From IMG/VR virus record IMGVR_UViG_3300020045_001629, positions 1 to 43,413 of that record: a stretch of 43,413 bases of DNA; one strand, 5' to 3'. This document shows positions 1 through 6,949 of the stretch, in pieces; within the stretch, counting starts at the first letter, position 1, and every line of letters starts with the position of its first letter. The notes beneath the pieces are model-generated. The model worked only from the letters and a program-made list of their open reading frames with translations. It did not search any database and was not told the DNA's origin. This DNA comes from a virus. Taxonomy: Duplodnaviria > Caudoviricetes. The position numbers and the translations under genes were made by a program.

Positions 1-344
1 CATGATTACATAGAGTAATTCACCCTCAATTCTACAGTTCCAAGGGTACAACACAGGTACAGATAAGACAGGCTTATCTCATGCAACAGGTAAAGCCTAG
101 CGTTACTCTGTACCTGTTGTGTGCCTACATGTAACGCAAAGGAACTATTGCACACGGTTGGGATTGATTTAGATCAAGGATAGCTCAAGACTGGATGCAC
201 CCGTTAGAGCTAGGGATACAGGTTAGAGACTTGACACGCATAGATATACTACTTAGTAGCACCAAGCCAGAGCTACACAGAGCGCATTGAGTACATACTA
301 CGCACCGTTACCGGTAACGCTATAACCTAGTTGATCGAAAGTAC

Positions 345-373
345 TTGACACATCAGAACAGTGCCTGTATATT
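345..373 (+). promoter_or_regulatory. Host sigma70 early promoter
   Basis: TTGACA (345-350), 17 nt spacer, TATATT (368-373). Confidence 0.75.
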
Positions 374-422
374 TCGTCTCAACGGTTCAGCAACAGCGAA
401 CCACGAAGCAAGTAACCGCTTC

Positions 423-437
423 TCTCTTTAAGAATTT
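423..437 (+). promoter_or_regulatory. boxA-like antitermination element
   Basis: TCTCTTTAAGAATTT resembles rrn boxA (TGCTCTTTAACAATTT) and lies downstream of the promoter at 345. Confidence 0.55.
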
Positions 438-541
438 AGGCGGTAGAGTAGTTCAAGGGATACAGCTTAGGGCTGGCACAACCACCGAGAACAAGATAGA
501 GACTCTTTTACCAGTGATGCAACATAACCGACACTGGCCGC

Positions 542-556
542 CGCTCTTTAATAACT
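542..556 (+). promoter_or_regulatory. boxA-like antitermination element
   Basis: CGCTCTTTAATAACT matches the boxA consensus closely. Confidence 0.6.
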
Positions 557-670
557 TGGTTCGCACAGTTCAACAGTCTGACGCAACATGTAAGGGCACC
601 CGGTAAATACCGCCTAGGTGGTTATGGCCTTAATCTTACATGCAGCTAACAACTAACGAACAGAACGCAC

Positions 671-698
671 TTGACAAGACATTCGGTGAGTGTATAAT
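671..698 (+). promoter_or_regulatory. Host sigma70 early promoter (strong)
   Basis: Perfect hexamers TTGACA (671-676) and TATAAT (693-698), 16 nt spacer. Confidence 0.85.
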
Positions 699-1067
699 GC
701 GAACCAAGGTAACAAGTAACACAGCAGATAGAAGGCGCTGATAACGCAAGCGCCAGAAGCTAGACGGATTATACGGTTCTAGTGGATACAGCCAAACGGG
801 GCTGGTTTGAAGTAGAAGGTGCTCAAGGCCGAAAGGTACAGGCGCTAACTATGAATGATTAACTGTAGGAAAGCCGCTAGCCTAGTAGCGGGTAACGAGC
901 AAGGCATCCGTGACCATGATGCCGAGAGGTAGAGTCCCTTCCCTGTCTAACTACAGGGGTCGCACTCGGTTAGTTCAAGGCTATGCTATTACGGCCAGCC
1001 TTGAAATGATCTAAGCATCTTAGGCGATAGCCTAGGGCGTTTAGATCATTTATAACCGGAGCCTGTC

Positions 1068-1268
1068 ATGGCTAAGAGGTACCACGCCATAGAAGTATTC
1101 GACCAGCTAGCGGCGCTCAACAAAGATATTGATGCTGGCGTTACAGGGGCTTTAAAGGCTAAACGAGCCTTGTCTAACTCTTGGACAGATAGGCGCTCTA
1201 ACAATGCTGGCGATTGCTTCAAAGCATCTAAAGCTAAGCCTGCACCATGTTACATAACGAAAGGATAG
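1068..1268 (+). CDS. Hypothetical early protein (66 aa)
   Basis: ORF track; GGAG RBS upstream; follows a long hairpin at 1004-1051. Confidence 0.6.
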   Translation: MAKRYHAIEVFDQLAALNKDIDAGVTGALKAKRALSNSWTDRRSNNAGDCFKASKAKPAPCYITKG

Positions 1269-1271
1269 GCT

Positions 1272-1430
1272 ATGTGGGATAAAGGATATGACGCCGGTTT
1301 CAAAGCTGGCGCTCTTTGCTGCCTTGGCGGTGGCCGCTCGGATTTGCCTGATTTCGATTCCTCTGACGAAGAAGCGGACTATGAGAATGGGTACGAGGCG
1401 GGGTATCAACACGCAACAGCAAACGACTAG
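1272..1430 (+). CDS. Small acidic early protein (52 aa) with two GYxAG motifs
   Basis: Own translation MWDKGYDAGFKAG...YENGYEAGYQHATAND; AAGGA RBS; tiles after the previous ORF; below the ORF-track cutoff. Confidence 0.65.
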   Translation: MWDKGYDAGFKAGALCCLGGGRSDLPDFDSSDEEADYENGYEAGYQHATAND

Positions 1431-1482
1431 GGTAGCAAGGTTTAAGCATTCTAGCGAGTGCTTAACTCTGGCGATCCTGCCT
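1429..1482 (+). promoter_or_regulatory. Putative RNase III processing hairpin 1
   Basis: TTAAGCATTC-TAGC-GAGTGCTTAA upper stem, internal loop and a lower stem ending in GGCGATCCTGCCT. Confidence 0.55.
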
Positions 1483-1499
1483 ACACCAAGGATTACATC

Positions 1500-1634
1500 A
1501 TGAGTATGCAAGTACTGCGCCGCCGTGCGCTGCTGATTCAGAAGACACTCGGCACTTCTATTGCCGCCGGCTTTCTCCGCAATCGTGGGCTGTCTTGCGA
1601 GGGCGCTGTAGCGCTGCTGGTGCGTCATGCCTAG
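1500..1634 (+). CDS. Small hypothetical early protein (44 aa)
   Basis: Own translation MSMQVLRRRALLIQKTLGTSIAAGFLRNRGLSCEGAVALLVRHA; AAGGATTACATC-ATG start context. Confidence 0.65.
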   Translation: MSMQVLRRRALLIQKTLGTSIAAGFLRNRGLSCEGAVALLVRHA

Positions 1635-1800
1635 GCTGCGCGATTACATCGGTGTTACATGCCGTGGCACTACTAGGACAGGTAGGCCGGAACGTTCTCG
1701 GCGGTACATCATAGCGCCGCCTGCCCTACCTGCGTACATTCAAGGCGATCTACGTAGTGAGTTGATCCTTGCTATCCGTGGGCAATGGTTCCAGCAGTAG
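1627..1800 (+). CDS. Possible small hypothetical protein (57 aa)
   Basis: Own translation MPRLRDYIG...RGQWFQQ; fills the gap between the previous ORF and the next hairpin; weak RBS. Confidence 0.35.
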   Translation: MPRLRDYIGVTCRGTTRTGRPERSRRYIIAPPALPAYIQGDLRSELILAIRGQWFQQ

Positions 1801-1807
1801 GCATCAA

Positions 1808-1857
1808 GTAGGAAACTTCTCTAGCGTCCGCTGGGCGTTAGGTAGGCAATCCTGCCT
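1808..1857 (+). promoter_or_regulatory. Putative RNase III processing hairpin 2
   Basis: GTAGGA...TCCTGC lower stem, CTAGCGTCC/GGGCGTTAG upper stem, ends in GGCAATCCTGCCT. Confidence 0.55.
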
Positions 1858-1879
1858 TTACAGCACCGAGGATTACATC

Positions 1880-2452
1880 ATGAGCAAGAAAGACACCACA
1901 GCGCCTGCTGTCAAGGCACCTGCTACCCTCAAACTTGTGGCGATCAAGCCAGCGAAGCCGCTCGTCCTACTGGTAGGCACAACAGCGATTGAGAAGGCGA
2001 TTACATCAATCAAGTCGGCAGGTACAAAGCTTGACGCGGCCATTCAAGTGGCAGGGCTGAGCATCATCATGCACGTTGATGGTTGCGGCGATAGCACTCT
2101 GGCTGATCGTCTGTTCAATGCAATGGCGAAAGGCTCCCGCCGTAATGCACTGGCTGAGTGGCTGGTTACATTCGGCAAGATGCGGGTGCTCGATAGCAAG
2201 AACAAAGACGATGCGCTGGCGATCAAGACAGGCCGTATCTTCCAGTTCGAGAAGACACGTAAGACTGACCAAGCAGGTGCCGAGGCTAAGCCGTGGTTCG
2301 AGTGCAAGAAGGAAGCGGCTGTTACAACCACGTTCGATGTACAGGCTGAGTTCGCTGCATTCATGAAGCGCGTAACTGCGGCGCAGTCGGCAGGCAAGAC
2401 GATGGAACACGCCGACATCATCGAGAAGCTGAGCAAGGCGATGGCAGCATGA
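1880..2452 (+). CDS. Early protein resembling a conserved hypothetical of phiKMV/SP6-like phages (190 aa)
   Basis: Start reassigned to ATG 1880 (GAGGATTACATC-ATG); the pattern AI.SI...G.KLD..IQ..GLS...H....GD......L..AM.KGSR.NAL..W...FG is recognised from memory. Confidence 0.85.
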   Translation: MSKKDTTAPAVKAPATLKLVAIKPAKPLVLLVGTTAIEKAITSIKSAGTKLDAAIQVAGLSIIMHVDGCGDSTLADRLFNAMAKGSRRNALAEWLVTFGKMRVLDSKNKDDALAIKTGRIFQFEKTRKTDQAGAEAKPWFECKKEAAVTTTFDVQAEFAAFMKRVTAAQSAGKTMEHADIIEKLSKAMAA

Positions 2453-2942
2453 CTTATGTGCGAACTTCACATACGGCCGACGAACTTATTATCTTTGGGG
2501 TAGGCGCGCTGAAGCTGTATTTAGCGCCCTACCCCTGACTGTAACCTGAACCACGTTGCGCCGACGCTTGAGCGTCGGCGCGTTCATCAGCAGCCTTTAC
2601 GCCTAGAGGCTGCATAACCCAGAGCGTCCCACGGTGGCAACCGCTCATGCAGGCATAAGCCGGAATGTGGAGGATGAACTATGACTTGGCGCTAAATGGG
2701 GCGGCTTGCCGCCGCTACCACGCAATAACCCCAACCATCCCGATAGGCATGTGATGTTCCCTACATACTAGGCGCTTGCTCTGGACGCAGAGAAGCTGGT
2801 CTAGGCGTACGAGGTAATTCACAGCATTGCGTATATACGCCGGGCGTTCTGCCGTACATAGCAACGGCAAAGGTGAAGTCGTACAGCCTTATATGTAGAC
2901 ACTCTGGCCGCAGAGCTTAGCTCATAACATACGGCAATCACA

Positions 2943-3006
2943 GCAGGGAATTTTAGTAGCGGCTACTGGGCGAATCCTAGTGGCTGCTACTGAGGCAATC
3001 CTGCCT
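2943..3006 (+). promoter_or_regulatory. Putative RNase III processing hairpin 3
   Basis: Long stem TTAGTAGCGGCTACTGGG/CCTAGTGGCTGCTACTGA, internal loop, lower stem GCAGG/CCTGC, ends in GGCAATCCTGCCT. Confidence 0.6.
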
Positions 3007-3021
3007 TCAAGGAGTACTACT

Positions 3022-3177
3022 GTGCTTATCAATAAGAACGGAAACGTAATGAACATCGCCTTTGATGCGAAGGCGCATACCCTCATCGACTTGAAAGAAG
3101 TGCTTGAGCCGATGTGTATCAGCAGCGGCAACTTGTTTAACATGGGCGAACGTGCCCGGATCATCGACAAGCGGTAA
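3022..3177 (+). CDS. Hypothetical early protein (51 aa)
   Basis: GTG start behind an AAGGAG RBS; part of track ORF 2980..3177; its stop overlaps the next start. Confidence 0.65.
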   Translation: MLINKNGNVMNIAFDAKAHTLIDLKEVLEPMCISSGNLFNMGERARIIDKR

Positions 3178-3362
3178 TGCTCGATGATAGCGACGACCTC
3201 TGTGGGACATGCGGAGGGTGTGGCGAAGGGATGTACGATGGCTCTAGCTGTTCTGCTTGTGGTGGTTCAGGATGCACGCCATACCATGCAGAGGGCGACG
3301 ATGATCCTCGTATAGACGCCGCTATTGATGCGGCTGAGTACTTCAGGGACTTCGATAGATGA
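3177..3362 (+). CDS. Small acidic protein with a DnaJ-type CxxCxGxG zinc finger
   Basis: CGTCGGCG and CSACGGSG repeats; translationally coupled on both sides. Confidence 0.75.
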   Translation: MLDDSDDLCGTCGGCGEGMYDGSSCSACGGSGCTPYHAEGDDDPRIDAAIDAAEYFRDFDR

Positions 3363-3928
3363 ACGCACACGAGAAGAAGGAGAAGGCACAAGCTATTGCC
3401 GAGGCGCTAAATGCCACTGCAAGCTCACCGCACGACAACGAGAACTACTATCGTATTGATATGGTGAATGGTGTGCGGTTCAGTATGGGCGTTGGTGGGT
3501 ATGCTTACAAGGGGCGCATTCACTTCAGCCCTTGTTACCCCAGTGCTGTAGCTGATGCACGGGGAAGTACTCGTGGCGTGTCTCAGCGGGACTTCGATAG
3601 GTCACTGCCGTACAACGCCAGCACATTCGATGGTATCACTGTTGCGGATACAAGGGATGCGGTGAGTATCGCTAAGGCGATTCATAGCAGGTTCCTGTCC
3701 GTGTATCAGCCGCTGTACATCCAAGCTGTTGAGTACTGCGAGAGCCAAGAGAAGTACTTCTCACAACTCAAGGAAACTACCGCACGTATCATCGAGGCGA
3801 TCAAAGACACAGGGCTTCACGCATCAAACTTCGGTAGGGACTACGCAACTCTTGAAATCTGCGCAAGTCCTGAACTCGCAACTGCTATTGCTCAAGCAGT
3901 GCGCACACATAGGGAGAACAACAAATGA
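3359..3928 (+). CDS. Hypothetical early protein (189 aa)
   Basis: ORF track; ATGA overlap with both neighbours. Confidence 0.8.
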   Translation: MNAHEKKEKAQAIAEALNATASSPHDNENYYRIDMVNGVRFSMGVGGYAYKGRIHFSPCYPSAVADARGSTRGVSQRDFDRSLPYNASTFDGITVADTRDAVSIAKAIHSRFLSVYQPLYIQAVEYCESQEKYFSQLKETTARIIEAIKDTGLHASNFGRDYATLEICASPELATAIAQAVRTHRENNK

Positions 3929-4107
3929 TTGGTGTAGGCGATAACGTGGTGTTCAACACCGCAAAGGGCAGCACTGGAATTGGCAAGGTGCTTACGTCTG
4001 ACGACTTCGGGAGCCGCCCCTTACGGGTGCAATGGCATTCAGCAATAGGTAAGCACATCGAACGCTTTAACCCGTTGGAGTGCATCAACATGGAGCAGGT
4101 ACATTGA
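3925..4107 (+). CDS. Hypothetical protein (60 aa, possibly SH3/KOW-like)
   Basis: GGAG RBS; IGVGDNV...GIGKV...VQW pattern. Confidence 0.7.
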   Translation: MIGVGDNVVFNTAKGSTGIGKVLTSDDFGSRPLRVQWHSAIGKHIERFNPLECINMEQVH

Positions 4108-4274
4108 AACTCTTTAGTGTTAATGGCGTGATCTACCAGCGCAAGAAGGCACACGGCGACTGTATTGGGTGCGCTGGTGTGGAAGACTGCCCCACATGCA
4201 GAGCACTTCCTGACTGTGGGGCCGGGCCGGTGCACATCTTCGTCAAGCGTGAAGTAACGGTGCACAATGCGTAA
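4104..4274 (+). CDS. Small Cys-rich hypothetical protein
   Basis: TTG start overlapping the previous stop; CIGC..CPTC...C. Confidence 0.6.
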   Translation: MKLFSVNGVIYQRKKAHGDCIGCAGVEDCPTCRALPDCGAGPVHIFVKREVTVHNA

Positions 4275-4425
4275 AGTATCCGCAGCTATGGTCACTCGTG
4301 GCGGAGAACGCGACGAGGATGACCGCACTTCATGGCCTGCTGAGTTTGGGCACCAGATGACTTGCAGTAAGGAGTTTCAACTAGCAGGTAACACCCTGCT
4401 ACAACAACTGATGAAAAGGCGATAA
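4267..4425 (+). CDS. Small hypothetical protein (52 aa)
   Basis: Own translation MRKVSAAMVTRGGE...LMKRR; tiles between its neighbours, and its TAA overlaps the next ATG. Confidence 0.55.
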   Translation: MRKVSAAMVTRGGERDEDDRTSWPAEFGHQMTCSKEFQLAGNTLLQQLMKRR

Positions 4426-4754
4426 TGCGTACATTTGATATGAGTGCTACCATGCAGTTCTCGGTAGTAGTTCCTGATGAGTTCGTACTGAACATGCGCC
4501 TTGCAGCACAGGGCGATGATGTGTCAGAGTTCTTGCAACACGTTCAGTCGATGTATCCGAACATCGAGGATGATGATGAGTTCATCCTTATGGTGTTGCG
4601 CAATGGTATCCGTAAGCATATCCGGCAGAGTGTTGTTACTCTGCTTGAAGAATCTAAACTTGGCGGTACGTTCTCTCCGGTGCAACTCAAAGACCGAGGA
4701 CCGGGCGTAGCCGCTGTACTTTCAAATGAAGTGCAGGAACTCATCCCTGCGTAA
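4425..4754 (+). CDS. Hypothetical protein (109 aa)
   Basis: ORF track; coupled start. Confidence 0.8.
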   Translation: MRTFDMSATMQFSVVVPDEFVLNMRLAAQGDDVSEFLQHVQSMYPNIEDDDEFILMVLRNGIRKHIRQSVVTLLEESKLGGTFSPVQLKDRGPGVAAVLSNEVQELIPA

Positions 4755-4840
4755 CTGTTTCAAGTAGTACTTTCAATCCGTAGCACCTCGCACTCTCAAT
4801 ACCGTAGAGGCGAGAACCCCAATATAAAGGTAATACCACT

Positions 4841-5266
4841 ATGAACGCCAAGAAAACTGTTGAAGCCCAAGTCGAAGTTAACGCTGCTGAAGTCGTTGTT
4901 GTTGCACCGGCTGCTCCGAAGCTCACCCGTACCGAGAAGTTGCTCAAGCGCATTGAACTCTTGAAGACCCGTATTGAGTCGGATACGAAGGAGTACCAAG
5001 AGATTGCGAACGAACTGAACAACGCTGACGCCTTGAAGAATCTGGCTATCGGCTCGAAGGTCACGATCAAGCTCGGTCGTAAGTTCGCTGACAAGGATAC
5101 TACCCGCATCGTTGAAGGTACGATCATTGGCATCCGTGCCGAAGATGAAGATGGCGGCGTGCAGTACAAGGTTACGCATGGCGTCGGCTTTGATGCTGAC
5201 ATCGCTGTTGTTGGCGCTGGTGGCATTCAGTCGGTTATTACCGACGAGGCCGCACCGGCTGCGTAA
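4841..5266 (+). CDS. Hypothetical protein (141 aa; coiled coil plus small beta domain)
   Basis: AAGGT RBS; strongly biased codon use; followed by a terminator-like hairpin. Confidence 0.85.
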   Translation: MNAKKTVEAQVEVNAAEVVVVAPAAPKLTRTEKLLKRIELLKTRIESDTKEYQEIANELNNADALKNLAIGSKVTIKLGRKFADKDTTRIVEGTIIGIRAEDEDGGVQYKVTHGVGFDADIAVVGAGGIQSVITDEAAPAA

Positions 5267-5286
5267 TCCTAGTTAAGTTCTAGGTT

Positions 5287-5321
5287 AAAGGGAGTACATG
5301 CGGTAAGGTGTGCTCCCTTTT
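5287..5321 (+). terminator. Putative intrinsic terminator ending the early region
   Basis: Stem GGGAGTACAT/GTGTGCTCCC, 8 nt loop, short TTTT tail, AAA on the 5' side. Confidence 0.6.
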
Positions 5322-5342
5322 GCGTATAACTTAGGAAAGATA

Positions 5343-5426
5343 ATGGATGTTAGCTCAGCGTGGGAACTCATCTTCATCGGGATAATAGTAGGCGCGATTA
5401 TCTCGTTCAACAGCCGACACAAATAA
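5343..5426 (+). CDS. Putative small membrane peptide (27 aa)
   Basis: MDVSSAWELIFIGIIVGAIISFNSRHK; AGGA RBS; one hydrophobic helix with a basic C-terminus. Confidence 0.5.
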   Translation: MDVSSAWELIFIGIIVGAIISFNSRHK

Positions 5427-5433
5427 GGATTAC

Positions 5434-5733
5434 ATGCACAATGACGAGGAAATTCTTACCCTAATTCAAGCCCTTGATGTACTCCCTATGGGCGACGATA
5501 AGTTACGTCGCTTGGCTAAGGCCAAAGAAATACCTTGCAGGTTCATAGGGGGTAGGTATTACTTCATCAAGAAAGACCTTATCCAGTTCGTGCGGGAGGG
5601 TTACACAATGGAGGCTAAGCCATGCCCTATCGAAGACCCGATTCTAAATCGTGGTGGATCATCGTATCAAAGGTACGCCAATCATCTGGGACTGAAAACT
5701 ACGAAGACGCCAAAGCTCTTGAAGCAAGGCTAA
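5434..5733 (+). CDS. xis: Excisionase-like DNA-binding protein (HTH_17/MerR-like fold)
   Basis: ILTLIQALDVL.....LRRLAKAKEIPCRFIGGRYYF...DL pattern; overlaps the 5' end of the integrase. Confidence 0.75.
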   Translation: MHNDEEILTLIQALDVLPMGDDKLRRLAKAKEIPCRFIGGRYYFIKKDLIQFVREGYTMEAKPCPIEDPILNRGGSSYQRYANHLGLKTTKTPKLLKQG

Positions 5734-6749
5734 ATCATAGGGAGTGGCTTGATACTAAGATGGACATCAAGCCCCCTAAGACATGGGTAGAGGCAGCATG
5801 TAAGTACATGGATGAGCGAGCACACAAGGCAAGTTTCGAGACAATCAAACAGCGCATTATGTGGTGGCATCCCTATCTAGGCGAGATTCATGACATCACC
5901 AAAATTAGCCGTGATCTTATTGATAGCACGCTGCGCTTGCACCGACCTATCACCACCTTGGCAAGCTCAGCAAACACCACGGCGAACAAGTACGCCATCG
6001 TTGTTGCTGCGGTCCTTAATGCAGCGTGTAGGGAATGGGCGTGGATCGAGTCCTCCCCTAAGATGCGGCGTTACCCTGAACCTGAGCACAAGAGAGCGTA
6101 CCTCCGAGTACACGAATGGCTTGTACTCGCAAAGGAACTCCCGCCGCACCTACTCGCTCCCGCAACCTTTGCTCTTAGCACTGGCCTCCGCGATGCAAAG
6201 GTCTTCGGCCTTGAGTGGGGTCAGATAGACCCGCACCTGCGCACGCTGACTACTGTAGGCAATGCCCTAAAGCGGGGTGTAGTTATCCCCTTGAACAACA
6301 CAGCTATGGGCGTACTCAAGGCGATCCGTGCGGACTTCACCGAGGCGCAGAAGAAGCGACCGCCCAAGAGAGTGTTCCTGTACGACGGTAAGCCTCTCTT
6401 GGACTACGGTGATGCGTGGTATAGGGCGCTTGAGCGTTCGGGCCTTGGTGAGCGTTCCCGGTGGCTTGGTGAGGATCAGAAAGAGCATACGAAATGGGAG
6501 GGCTTCACTTGGCACGGTTTGAGGCACACGTTCGCATCGTGGCTTGGACAGAACGGCGCTAGTGAAATGGTGATCGATCAGTTGTGTGGCTGGGCCGAAA
6601 AGGATATGCGTAGTACATACACCCACCTAGACACGGAACACCTCCGACCGCATAGCGCAGTGATAGACAGAGTGCTAGAACGTGGCACCGTGCATCAGAT
6701 CGATACATCGGATTCACGTTCTATTCACGTTGCAGATGGTTGGGAGTAA
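5622..6749 (+). CDS. int: Tyrosine recombinase / phage integrase
   Basis: Catalytic motifs TGLR, HGLRHTFASW (HxxR), LCGW and a nucleophile Tyr in STYTH; N-terminal arm-binding-like region; GGAGG RBS. Confidence 0.95.
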   Translation: MPYRRPDSKSWWIIVSKVRQSSGTENYEDAKALEARLNHREWLDTKMDIKPPKTWVEAACKYMDERAHKASFETIKQRIMWWHPYLGEIHDITKISRDLIDSTLRLHRPITTLASSANTTANKYAIVVAAVLNAACREWAWIESSPKMRRYPEPEHKRAYLRVHEWLVLAKELPPHLLAPATFALSTGLRDAKVFGLEWGQIDPHLRTLTTVGNALKRGVVIPLNNTAMGVLKAIRADFTEAQKKRPPKRVFLYDGKPLLDYGDAWYRALERSGLGERSRWLGEDQKEHTKWEGFTWHGLRHTFASWLGQNGASEMVIDQLCGWAEKDMRSTYTHLDTEHLRPHSAVIDRVLERGTVHQIDTSDSRSIHVADGWE

Positions 6750-6780
6750 AGCGGATTGGCTGGAAGCCTTGGTACTACTG

Positions 6781-6826
6781 GGTGCGCCCGACGAGACTCG
6801 AACTCATAACCGCCGGCTTAGAAGGC
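6781..6826 (-). other. attP core: 3' half of a tRNA-Arg(TCT)
   Basis: Reverse complement GCCTTCTAAGCCGGCGGTTATGAGTTCGAGTCTCGTCGGGCGCACC reads as anticodon loop CTTCTAA, 3' anticodon strand GCCGG, T arm ATGAG-TTCGAGT-CTCGT, acceptor strand CGGGCGC, then ACC. No 5' half is present. It lies 31 nt after the int stop. Confidence 0.9.
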
Positions 6827-6949
6827 TTAGGAGTCTATACCTAAGTGCTTGATTCTATTGCATGTACCATCCGTGAAATGTCTCGGAAAGTGCAGCGAAA
6901 CGCATAGTACCGTACAAAATCTTCACGGTCAAACTTTAGGGAGAACACG

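Noticed and set aside
231-259. Third sigma70 promoter (TTGACA at 231)
   Set aside because: The -10 at 17 nt spacing is TAGTAG, lacking the conserved final T; possible but not supportable.
361-606. 81 aa ORF in the left end
   Set aside because: It overlaps a promoter and both boxA elements, has no RBS and shows no recognisable protein features.
2895-2910. GACACT matches at about 1545, 2898, 14975 and 25760 as extra phage promoters
   Set aside because: Only the short core matches; the TAGAGG initiation part is missing and most lie inside genes.
5345-5370. tRNA-like 5' fragment GGATGTTAGCTCAG
   Set aside because: No GG/AGAGC D-arm closure, anticodon arm or T arm follows; the hydrophobic micro-ORF explains it better.
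6781-6826. Functional phage-encoded tRNA-Arg gene
   Set aside because: Only the anticodon loop to 3' end is present; there is no D arm or 5' acceptor strand, so it is treated as attP.
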